A stretch of 10,000 nucleotides of DNA from Mytilus edulis. Its lineage: Eukaryota. Shown piece by piece: positions 1 to 8,204 of the stretch. The position numbers and the translations under genes are program-made. Location of the stretch: contig NC_092349.1 in NCBI RefSeq assembly GCF_963676685.1, positions 63,316,924 to 63,326,923 on the forward strand, given 5' to 3'. The notes below the pieces were generated by a model. It made no database searches, was not told the origin of the DNA, and saw nothing but the letters and a program-made list of their open reading frames with translations. Every line of letters begins with the position of its first letter. Position 1 is the first letter of the stretch.

Positions 1-182
1 TTTGAGCTTTTGAGAAAATTTCCGTTTTAAATTTTCCTCGAAATTCAGTACTTTTTTTATTTAACTGTACTTATCTCATGCGCGGATCAGGGTAATGAAC
101 ACGTACTGAATAACTGAAAAAAAGATTCTTGACATTTTTTTCCTTGCGATTAATTCAGACATTTAAAAATGTTCAGTTTTAA

Positions 183-2366
183 ATGACTGCTTCAGTAGTA
201 AAAACAGTTTCTATGTTTTATCATTTTTCAGGCAACCAAAGAAACCGACTCATAAACTTCTACTCACAATCCAAAATTCTGTTTTGCTTTTTATCATATC
301 ACATTGGAAATGAGTCCATTGTAAGGTTTCGCAGGAGAATAATTGATAAGAAATATCCTCATAATATAGATTTTTTGGGTAATACACTACTTGCAAGCGG
401 AAGTAAAGCCGAGGGTTTGGATATGAAAGGAAGCGACACAGATATTATGCTGGCAGACTCCACATTTAAAGCATATGAAGGTGATGATAAATCGAATCCC
501 TTGATATCATGTCGATACGATTCTATGTCATCTGACTTAAAACCAGGATACGTTCTGGTTGAAACCTGGATGAGAGGTTATCCGTCTACTCTGCTTTCAA
601 GTTCTTTCTTTAAAACAAGCATTTCCCTTTTCGTGCCTTTTCTGAAATTGATTTATCAAATGGAACCTCATGGACCAGCTATGTCCGCTTCATCTTGTGG
701 AGAAGACTTTGATTTAGTTTATTGCATAAAAACTGTCACTTGGCCAAACATAGCGAGCGAATGGGTGCTTAGAAAAAGAAAATACGGATGGCCTTCACTG
801 GAAATGATCCAAAATATTCAAAGTCAAAGTTGTCATTTAGTTCCTGTCAGTAGTAAAGTGGATGCTAGAACCACAGAAGAAATTGAATGGAGACTATCCT
901 TTTCATTTGCAGAAAGGGAGCTAGTTCATTCTTTTAGTCATACACAACTGTTAGTATATGGATTACTGAAACTCATTTTAAAAGAGGTAATAGGCGTCCA
1001 TCATGATATAGCAGAACATTTGTGTTCTTACTTTTTGAAGACCACAATTTTCTGGGTAATAGAAGACAATCCGCAATCTATTTGGAATGTCGATTTCCTT
1101 ATTTTATCATTCCATTTATGCTTGGAACGCCTGATTCAATTTATTGTAGAGGAAAATTGTCCAAACTACTTTGTTCGAATCAATAACATGTTTTTAGAAC
1201 GTTTCACACCAGCAGGAAAAGAAAAATTGCTGGCGCTCTTGTGTGAAATACGGCACAGTGGATTCAGCTGGGTTACTTTAAGTTCAACCTTGAGAAAACT
1301 TAAAACGTTTTTAAAATATCCACTATCAATACGATCGCTTTATTGTGTTCAAAATGTAAAGTTTAGAAAAGAATGCTTTAGACTTATTTTAGATCTGTCA
1401 AGACACGTAAAACTCATTCTGAGCAATATGATCATCGCTAAACGACAGAAATACCTCCTATCATATGTAAAGTCTATGGTGAATACACCTGTTATCCGAT
1501 GTAGCTTTCTGAGTCACATTTGTCACTTTTTAGAAATAGATAATAAGAAAATGACCCATAAACAACTACATACCTTACGAAAACTATACCTACATTTATT
1601 ATGTATAGGATGTAGCGCAGATTTGGCGTGTGGTAAGACAATGCTAGCAAGCTGGTTGTATAATCAGGGAAAATTCCCAGAATGCTTGCAAGTTACCAGT
1701 TTCGTTTTAGAAAGCATCAAGTTTAGATGTTTCCATATTGGCACTAAAACTGTTGTGGAATGTTCTAGCACAACACATATGACAAAAGAGTTGAGTTCTG
1801 AGTTTCTAGGTTGTTTAAATCATTATTATACAGAAAATATCACTATTTCTGATAAGTCCGGAAAAATATCTGTGAGAGAACTGTCGAGATTTTTAAATTG
1901 TTTTTTAAATTTGTCATCCATAGAAGACTATAGGCAAAGAAATGCATTTTTTGGTCAAGTTTGTCCTGAAGTATATTGTCATTTTTTGCGATTTTTATGC
2001 TATCTAAGACAATCTGATTTACCACATAGTGAAGAGGAGTTTAACAAAATGATACAAGTTCATTTCGTTGGATCAGAATACGAGAAACAAATTCATGATT
2101 TAATCGTAACTGTCATGAAAATCACGGGCAAAATTATAACACGAAATGTTCAAAATGATTGTGAAAGTGAAATATTTACGATGAACGATTTTTTTCATAT
2201 TGAATCTGATGGAGATCTTTCATTGTTTCGTGATATCGATGTTTCAATGTTATCTAGAACTTTTGATAGCTTTAATGACTATGGTTGTGATGAAAACTTT
2301 ACAAGAAGAATTTTTGCGTTTCCTAATTCGATATTTCAAACAATTTTCAGTACATTAAACAAATAA
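183..2366 (+). CDS. Mab-21/cGAS-like nucleotidyltransferase (cGAS-like receptor, cGLR) with a long C-terminal extension; apparently a single exon
   Basis: A 727-aa uninterrupted ORF is very unlikely by chance in ~65% AT DNA. Catalytic NTase motifs match human cGAS: h-GS at aa 73-74 (nt 399-404); [DE]h[DE] as D85-T-D87 (nt 435-443), compared from memory with cGAS GS...E225/D227; third acidic residue D177 in FDLVYCI (nt 711-713), matching cGAS VDIILAL D319. Other family signatures: GSKAEGLDMKGSDTDIML versus MAB21L1 GSFYEGLKVSSPNEFDLLL; EWRLSFSFAERELV versus cGAS TWRLSFSHIEKEIL; SYFLKTTIFWV versus cGAS SYHVKTAFFHV; NYFVRINNMF versus cGAS NYFIPEFNLF. The stop codon overlaps an AATAAA signal. The start is ATG at 183, immediately after an in-frame TAA at 180-182. 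Confidence 0.85.
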   Translation: MTASVVKTVSMFYHFSGNQRNRLINFYSQSKILFCFLSYHIGNESIVRFRRRIIDKKYPHNIDFLGNTLLASGSKAEGLDMKGSDTDIMLADSTFKAYEGDDKSNPLISCRYDSMSSDLKPGYVLVETWMRGYPSTLLSSSFFKTSISLFVPFLKLIYQMEPHGPAMSASSCGEDFDLVYCIKTVTWPNIASEWVLRKRKYGWPSLEMIQNIQSQSCHLVPVSSKVDARTTEEIEWRLSFSFAERELVHSFSHTQLLVYGLLKLILKEVIGVHHDIAEHLCSYFLKTTIFWVIEDNPQSIWNVDFLILSFHLCLERLIQFIVEENCPNYFVRINNMFLERFTPAGKEKLLALLCEIRHSGFSWVTLSSTLRKLKTFLKYPLSIRSLYCVQNVKFRKECFRLILDLSRHVKLILSNMIIAKRQKYLLSYVKSMVNTPVIRCSFLSHICHFLEIDNKKMTHKQLHTLRKLYLHLLCIGCSADLACGKTMLASWLYNQGKFPECLQVTSFVLESIKFRCFHIGTKTVVECSSTTHMTKELSSEFLGCLNHYYTENITISDKSGKISVRELSRFLNCFLNLSSIEDYRQRNAFFGQVCPEVYCHFLRFLCYLRQSDLPHSEEEFNKMIQVHFVGSEYEKQIHDLIVTVMKITGKIITRNVQNDCESEIFTMNDFFHIESDGDLSLFRDIDVSMLSRTFDSFNDYGCDENFTRRIFAFPNSIFQTIFSTLNK
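300..1310 (+). other. Mab-21 / cGAS nucleotidyltransferase core domain (approx. aa 40-375) within the ORF
   Basis: Boundaries come from the first and last recognisable family motifs: the GS/DxD block near aa 70-90 through the NYFVRINNMF block near aa 335-345, with one further helix allowed. Boundaries are approximate. Confidence 0.7.
1311..2363 (+). other. C-terminal ~350-aa extension of unknown function. It is Cys/His-rich (CIGCSADLACGKT, CHFLRFLCYL, CPEVYCHF), with an acidic tail (ESDGDLSLFRDIDVS...GCDEN)
   Basis: Stays open in the same frame as the Mab-21 domain across >1 kb of AT-rich DNA, so it is under coding constraint. I could assign no known domain by eye. Confidence 0.55.
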
Positions 2367-2432
2367 AATGATGCTTGTTTTATATGGAACAAACCGTCGT
2401 TAATAAACAAACACACACACTCTTTGAATAAA
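2362..2432 (+). terminator. Three polyadenylation signals (AATAAA at 2362-2367 overlapping the stop, 2402-2407, 2427-2432)
   Basis: Canonical AATAAA hexamers within 70 nt after the stop codon of the 183-2366 ORF. A short (CA)5 run lies at about 2412-2421 between them. Confidence 0.5.
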
Positions 2433-3358
2433 ATTTGATTCACTAAACCATTTTCTCTCTGTTCATTGTTTTATATAAATTGCAAAAACTTCGTTTTGGA
2501 GTTGAAAAAGGGTTTCGTTTTTGTATTTCTACTTCGTAATATTATTTGGCCATTTGAACTGTTTTTCAAGTGTCACTGATTGTCTTTTGTAAGCAAAATC
2601 TGGAGTAGGGAATTTTAATATTGTTTTCTATGAAGTGTTTATTGTAATCTAGTCATGCGTAGAAGGGTTCTGAAATTAAGAGCAGATGCTTTATTTCAAG
2701 TATGCAAAATAAACGTTGTTGAAAATATTTGATCAGCAAATTTGTAAAAACAATAACCTTTACGTTGTATTTTAACATTAGGAGTTAGGTAATGTTTCTT
2801 ATATTTTATTTCCACCGCATTTTATTTATATATTTTTGCGTGTTTCTCGCTCTTTAGCTCAAAGTAGTAAAGCCAGTTACCCTAACAAACTGCATGGAAT
2901 TAAATGTTGGGATTGTTTTGTTTATCTTGTTGTATTTTTCCTAATTAAACTATAAATAAGGATAATGAACACTATGCAGGTTTAAAACTGTACCAGAAGT
3001 TATCCCCAACATTATGAGTTTAATATAATACCTGTTAGGGTTACTGTTCGGCACCGTAATAAAAGGACTTTAAAACTTACGTCAGCCTTTGCAAGTAATT
3101 AATCGCTTATCTGATTTTTTTAAGCCCAATTCATTCATCAAACATGATTTATATTTTTGAGCTATAATGTTTATCAGAATTTGCTTTAAACAGTTACTTT
3201 TAGGAATTTTGGTCTTCAATGCTCTTCAACTTCGCACTTTATTTGTCCTTTTTAACTGTTTTGGATTCGAGCGTCACTGACGAGTCTGATGTACACGAAA
3301 CGCGCGTATGGCGTATATACAAAATTTAGTCCTGGTATCTATGATGAGTTTATTTAAA

Positions 3359-3404
3359 GTTTAGAAGTATTAGGCCCAGTTGTTTCAGAGAAGATGTTTA
3401 AATG
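3359..3404. repeat. Dispersed repeat family A, copy 1 (GTTTAGAAGTATTAGGCCCAGTTGTTTCAGAGAAGATGTTTAAATG)
   Basis: About 85% identical to copy 2 at 4224-4268. Confidence 0.8.
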
Positions 3405-3442
3405 CAAGCAAACATGTTGAACAAATTGTGTCAAATTGTATT

Positions 3443-3463
3443 TAATAACATTAACGGTACCAA
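3443..3463. repeat. 21-bp direct repeat, left copy (TAATAACATTAACGGTACCAA)
   Basis: Matches 3793-3813 (TAATAACATTAATGGTACCAA) at 20/21, 350 bp apart. Confidence 0.75.
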
Positions 3464-3705
3464 TTTTTCTGCACCAGATGCGCATTTCGACAAATAATGT
3501 CTCTTCAGTGATGCTCGTGGCCAAATATGTAAAATCCAAAGCGTATATAAAAGATGTAGAGCTATAATCCAAAAGTTCCAAAAAAGTATAGCCAAATCCG
3601 TGAAAGGAATCAGAGCTTTGCATGAGGGAGATACATTCCTTAATTTATAGTATTTTTTAACATTTTGTAACAGCAAATTTAATAACACAAAACAATCCGT
3701 ATTTT

Positions 3706-3790
3706 CATGCCAGTACCGGAGTACTGGCTACTGGGCTGGTGATACCCTCGGGGACTAACAGTCCACCAGCAGAGGCATCGACCCAGTGGT
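3706..3790. other. GC-rich island with two perfect hairpins: CCAGTAC-cgga-GTACTGG (3710-3727) and GCTGGTG-22 nt-CACCAGC (3735-3770, enclosing CCC-tcg-GGG and GACT-aac-AGTC mini-stems)
   Basis: Local GC content is far above the surrounding ~30-35%. Stems were read directly from the sequence. There is no tRNA cloverleaf, and the B-box match (GGCATCGACCC) is only weak. Confidence 0.4.
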
Positions 3791-3792
3791 AG

Positions 3793-3813
3793 TAATAACA
3801 TTAATGGTACCAA
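3793..3813. repeat. 21-bp direct repeat, right copy
   Basis: See 3443-3463. It lies immediately 3' of the GC-rich hairpin island. Confidence 0.75.
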
Positions 3814-3970
3814 AAAGGTAATAACTTCTAAAGTGATCAATTGACAATTTTGGCAATTTTTACTTTTTTGTAGATCTTACCTAGCTAAAGATGTTTGCTG
3901 TTTGCAGTTTATCTCTATCTTCAATAATATTCAAGATAATAACCCAAAACTGCAAAATATCCTTGAAATT

Positions 3971-4018
3971 ACCAATGTAGTGGCAGCAACCCAACAATGG
4001 TTTGTTTGATTTGTCTGA
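3971..4018. repeat. Dispersed repeat family B, copy 1 (ACCAATGTAGTGGCAGCAACCCAACAATGGTTTGTTTGATTTGTCTGAAA)
   Basis: About 88% identical to copy 2 at 4293-4345. Confidence 0.8.
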
Positions 4019-4223
4019 AAGTTTCAGGGCTGGTGGATCTTGACCTGTTAAACATTTTACCCCAAATCAGATTTGCTCTAAATGCTTTAGTTTTTGAGAT
4101 ATAAACCAAAAACTGCATTTGAACCCTATGCTCTTTTGTTAGCCATGGCAGCCATGGTTGCTGATGGTCCAAAACTTCGGATACAATTTATAAGCAAGAT
4201 ACCCCAAGGAACACTCAGATTAA

Positions 4224-4268
4224 GTTTGAAGGTATTAGGCCCAGTAGTTTCAGAAGATTTTTAAAATG
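4224..4268. repeat. Dispersed repeat family A, copy 2
   Basis: GTTTGAAGGTATTAGGCCCAGTAGTTTCAGAAGATTTTTAAAATG matches 3359-3404. Confidence 0.8.
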
Positions 4269-4292
4269 GTTTACGACGACAGACGACGAAAT

Positions 4293-4345
4293 AACCAATT
4301 TAGTGGCAGCAACCCAACAATGGTTTGATTGATTTGTCAAAATGG
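4293..4345. repeat. Dispersed repeat family B, copy 2
   Basis: AACCAATTTAGTGGCAGCAACCCAACAATGGTTTGATTGATTTGTCAAAATGG matches 3971-4018. Here A2 and B2 are nearly adjacent, about 25 bp apart, whereas A1 and B1 are about 570 bp apart. Confidence 0.8.
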
Positions 4346-4551
4346 AAAGGCTATGCACAGAGTTTTAAATCGAACTGGACTAAATGCAAACATAACTAGA
4401 GGCTCTCAAGAGCCTGTGTCGCTCACCTGACTGTACTTGGGTTATTGAAATAAGATAAAATAGATAAAAATCATAACAGATACTTACATAATGAGTGAGG
4501 CCAAATTTGGTAAAATATTGGCCCCATAATTTACATGTAGTAATAAATCCG

Positions 4552-5165
4552 GGTGGCCATCTTGAACAGTAAATCAGCAACAAATGAAGCAGAACTTCAT
4601 CACCACCTCAAAAGGAACATTTATGACGTAGTAATTAAGTTTCAAATTCATTGCAAGCAGTGGTACTCTAAAAGAAGACATTTGTATGTATTTTCCATGG
4701 GTCCTATGTTAAACTAAATCCCAAGCTGGCAGTCATCTTGGACGAAGGATCGGCTACAAAGTAACAACATTTGGTCAGCATCTCATAAGGAATATTTATG
4801 CTATGTTTGGCTTCATTCAATTCAGTGGTTCTCTAAAAGAGGACATTTATATGTATTTCCCGTAGGGTCCTATTGTCAAGTAAGTGATCCGCTGGCGGCC
4901 ATCTTGGATGATGGATTGGCTACAAAGTAACAAAATTTGGTCAGCACCTCATAAGGAACATTCATGCCATGGTTGGTAACATTCCATTCAGTGGTTTTCT
5001 AAAAGAAGACATTTGTATGTATTTCCTATAGGTTCCTATATGTTTAACTAATTCCTCTACTGGCAGCCATCTTGTATGATGGATCAACTACAAAGTAACA
5101 ACACTTGGTCAGCACATCATAAAGAACATTTATGTCATGTTTGGTTTTAATCCATGCAATGGCTT
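4552..5165. repeat. Tandem satellite-like repeat, ~166-176-bp monomer, about 3.6 copies
   Basis: Monomers start at about 4552, 4728, 4894 and 5062, each beginning GG(C/T)(A/G)G(T/C)CATCTTG...GGCTACAAAGTAACAA(C/A)ATTTGGTCAGCA(T/C)CTCATAAGGAA(T/C)ATTTATG...TTCAGTGGTT(C/T)TCTAAAAGA(A/G)GACATTT(A/G)TATGTATTTCC...GGTCCTAT. Copies are roughly 80-85% identical by eye. Confidence 0.9.
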
Positions 5166-5543
5166 TATAACTGAAGTTCAAAATTCAAAATGTAAAAACT
5201 TAACAGCTATGACAGACGACAGACAACAAGTGATGAGAAAAGCTCACTTCGCCCTTTGCCCTTAGGCTACAGAAAACAGATTGATATATAGTTAAAAAAT
5301 GATATAATAGAGCCATAAAAAAAGTAAAAAGGGTGCAGAATAAGATTTTATGTTCGCTGTATTGCATACTAAAAAAAGGCATTAAGAGTAAAACTTTTTC
5401 TATGGGTTGATGATGACTTTGATATTGTTGCTTATATTCCAAAGCTGTCATGATTTAGTGCTTGATTCTTTAGGTTGATTAGTGTACATACGTCTTGACC
5501 CAGAAACAACATTAATCTGAATTTATTACCACCGAAGTTATTA

Positions 5544-5683
5544 TATAGTGACTTGAGTTTCACCAGTATTACTCAGATTACAATTCTACCTTGACATCTA
5601 AGTTTGTATTTAGCCTAAAAAAAATACTTATTTAGCCTTGGAATTGAAATCTGAGTGATACTGCTAAAACTTAAGTCACTATA
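5544..5683. mobile_element. Foldback / MITE-like element: ~43-bp imperfect inverted repeat arms (5544-5586 and 5641-5683) around a ~54-bp spacer
   Basis: The reverse complement of arm 1 is GAATTGTAATCTGAGTAATACTGGTGAAACTCAAGTCACTATA; arm 2 is GAATTGAAATCTGAGTGATACTGCTAAAACTTAAGTCACTATA, about 38/43 matches. The spacer contains a TTTAGCCT...TTTAGCCTT direct repeat. Ends lie in TATA context. Confidence 0.55.
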
Positions 5684-6759
5684 ACCAATTCAAAAGAAAA
5701 AGCTTTGGATTAATAAATGCACTAATTGTTTTTCCTGACAAAGGTTTTAAACGAATTGAACTGGACAGTAGCTTCAGTTTATACAAATAACATTTTGATT
5801 TTACAGTAAAATGTGTGTGCATTTAAATCATTCACAATTGGTCTTTGATAAATTACAACAAGCAAATATTTCCAAAACCCTCCAAAAATTTTATTTTCTA
5901 AAAAGTACATTAATTAAGCTTTGTTTTGTCCAAAAAACGATTTAAAGTAAATCCTGAAAGAAACCCTGGCACACAATCATATCCAATACCAATAAAAATA
6001 AAACAAATACCAACCGGCAGTTTTTAAGAATAATGCAGTTATTACGAGAAATGTGTTACATTATTACTAATTACTTAACTTACTCATTACCTTAGAAAAT
6101 GACACAATTTAACTGGACACAAAATTGTCAAAAAGTTTTGATACATTAAAAACAGTGTTGTGCCAGCTCCAATTTTGGTGTTTCCACACTTTAATTGTTT
6201 TATGGGTAGATGCAATTGAATCTGCAATTAGCTTTGTCCTTGGACAATTAGATCCAAACACAAAACTTGGGCATAAGTAGCATATTGATCACTGAACAAA
6301 AATGGACTGGGACAATAAAATACATACACTACGTAGATGTATACTCAAATATCAAGGATATAATTTCAAGATGGTTGATAAACCCTAGAAGAAAACAATA
6401 TCTTAATACATATTTTGGTCAGTTATATCTTTGTTGTACAACTGCATAAGTTTTATCTTTTCCTTGGTGACAACCAACAATATTCCTATACTTAATTCTG
6501 TATGATCCTTTGTATTTCCACCTGTTTGGCCATGCATGTTCCGTCCTTTTGATAGGCTCCTTGATACTGTAATGGAGAAGTAGTACATCATGCCATTTTC
6601 AAGGTTTAACCTTCAACAATGTGCGAAACCCTTACTGTACCTTTGAAAGACTTCTTGGCATTACAAAATATGAAACAATTCAGGATAGAAAATGATAATA
6701 TCTTTATTAAATCTGCAAACAATTAAAACATACTGGTATGTGAACAACCTCTTATCAAT

Positions 6760-6990
6760 ATAAAACCCCTTATAAAAACCAAAAACACAAAACATAAAAA
6801 TACAAAACAGTAAGAGAATGCATGCTTTTACAAAAAGCAAAAATTTAAAATAAATTTCATGTGTACAAAATATGTTTATAAGACAATAATAAACATGTAT
6901 AGTATAGATTTAAAATTTGAAAACCTAAACATATAAAATATAGTACAGCATACTAAAACTGACAAAAACAAAATGCAAAAAGCAGAACTG
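6760..6990. repeat. A-rich low-complexity tract, CAAAA/ACAAAA-like
   Basis: AAAACCAAAAACACAAAACATAAAAATACAAAACAG...AAAAACAAAATGCAAAAAGCAG. Simple-sequence-like, no fixed period. Confidence 0.5.
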
Positions 6991-7570
6991 CTAAAACAGA
7001 TAATGCTGAACTTTTACGAGGGATTTGCAACCTTGGACAATGAATACCCATATATTGAGGACCAAAAGACAAGACAATACTGTTTGAATTATTCTGTGTT
7101 TCGGTCATCTTTAAACTGGGGTTAAATCATGGTTTGACCTTTACCATTAACCTTAAATGATCATATCAGAATGTTTATATTCCAGTCCATATTTGCAACT
7201 CACTAGCATCCATCATGTTCATAGGTGTAACATATTTTAAAAGGCAATCATTTGAGTTGCCTGATTGATGGAAAAACTACTAAAAAAATGATTGGAGGAA
7301 GAAGGGTAAAACCAAATTTATGTGAACAATTCTTTTGCAAGACCTAGAAATAAACCTTAATTCATCCAAGGTTTCAATGCAACCCTGATTATCATATTAT
7401 CATAATAAGGTACAACTGAATCAGTTCATATACCATTTTATAGTTGTATACTTAATTTATAATTGAACTGTCAAGTTAGTTTCCAATATAATACAGATAT
7501 TATGGATATCAGTCAGGAATCAAACAACCTCATTGTCAATCATATGATGTAAATGTGAACTTGATGGCGG

Positions 7571-7673
7571 TTAAGTCCTTTCTTTAAAGCTGGCCATTAT
7601 ACCATTTTTGGCTCTCATCACAACCTCTATAAAATGTTCTACTTCATGATCTGGATCTACAGTTATCTCAAAT
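7571..7673 (-). CDS. Candidate terminal exon of a roadblock/LC7-type dynein light chain-like gene (…R)FEITVDPDHEVEHFIEVVMRAKNGIMASFKERT*
   Basis: On the minus strand, a TATATTTACAG acceptor sits immediately upstream. Local composition is less AT-rich than the flanks. The peptide resembles the DYNLRB C-terminus [22 protein letters not shown] (E-I-x-V-x-P-D-x-[DE]...F-[LI]-[IE]-V-[IV]). The stop TAA is at 7573-7571. Confidence 0.35.
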
Positions 7674-8204
7674 CTGTAAATATATGATATTGGTATGTAA
7701 AAGCTTTTAGAAAAATTCAAAAAACAATTAATTATTGTGATGCAGGTATAAAAACAAAAATGATATTTGTTGATAAAAATGTCATTATTTTTCAAGGTAT
7801 AAATACAATTATTAAAACATAATCAAAGCACATTTTTCATTATTCATCAATGAATGTATGAAAATCCATATAAAAAGTATAAGTTCAGTAGTCGTCATTG
7901 ATTCATGTCTGTCAAATTTGTTTTTTGTAAAATGTTTTGAATAAATTCATGAAATTAGGCTGTTAGTTTTCTCAATAGAATAATGGTTTCTTACATTTCA
8001 TGTTGGGGCCTTTTATAGCCGACCATACAGTATTGGTTATGTCCAATGAATTGTTAAATGCAGTTCTTTTGCAAATTGTTGCTTACATCCACTTTACTTG
8101 AACATTTGTTGATGAGTCTCATTGGCAATCATACCAGATCTCCTTATTTTAACATTATTATTTTTGCCCAAAATAAAATAAAAACTTAAATACAACAAGA
8201 TCAC

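Noticed and set aside
1843-2025. 60-aa minus-strand ORF antisense to the cGLR CDS
   Set aside because: It is fully embedded antisense in a strongly supported coding region and has junk-like composition. It is an antisense shadow ORF.
3354-3688. Overlapping minus-strand ORFs of 89 and 85 aa from the ORF track
   Set aside because: They lie inside dispersed repeat A and AT-rich spacer. The translations are low-complexity (I/L/N/K/F/Y-rich) with no recognisable motif and no splice or start context. This is what chance ORFs in AT-rich DNA look like.
3706-3790. tRNA or tRNA-derived SINE head
   Set aside because: There is no acceptable A box, only a weak B-box-like GGCATCGACCC, and the stems do not form a cloverleaf. 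It is kept only as a generic structured GC island.
3969-4583. 67-aa minus-strand ORFs (3969-4172, 4380-4583) and the 83-aa ORF at 5200-5451
   Set aside because: They overlap repeat B, the satellite's unique flank and satellite-adjacent sequence. No protein-like features were seen, so they are treated as chance ORFs.
6267-6591. 60/62-aa ORFs at 6267-6449 (+) and 6403-6591 (-)
   Set aside because: Short, mutually overlapping on opposite strands, with no motifs and no splice signals joining them to anything.
7674-7795. Upstream part of the 74-aa minus-strand track ORF (MKNNDIFINKYHFCFYTCITIINCFLNFSKSFYIPISYIY)
   Set aside because: Only the last 33 codons, after the TTTACAG acceptor at 7674-7680, look protein-like. 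The N-terminal part is AT-rich intron-like sequence, so the ORF-track start is not used.
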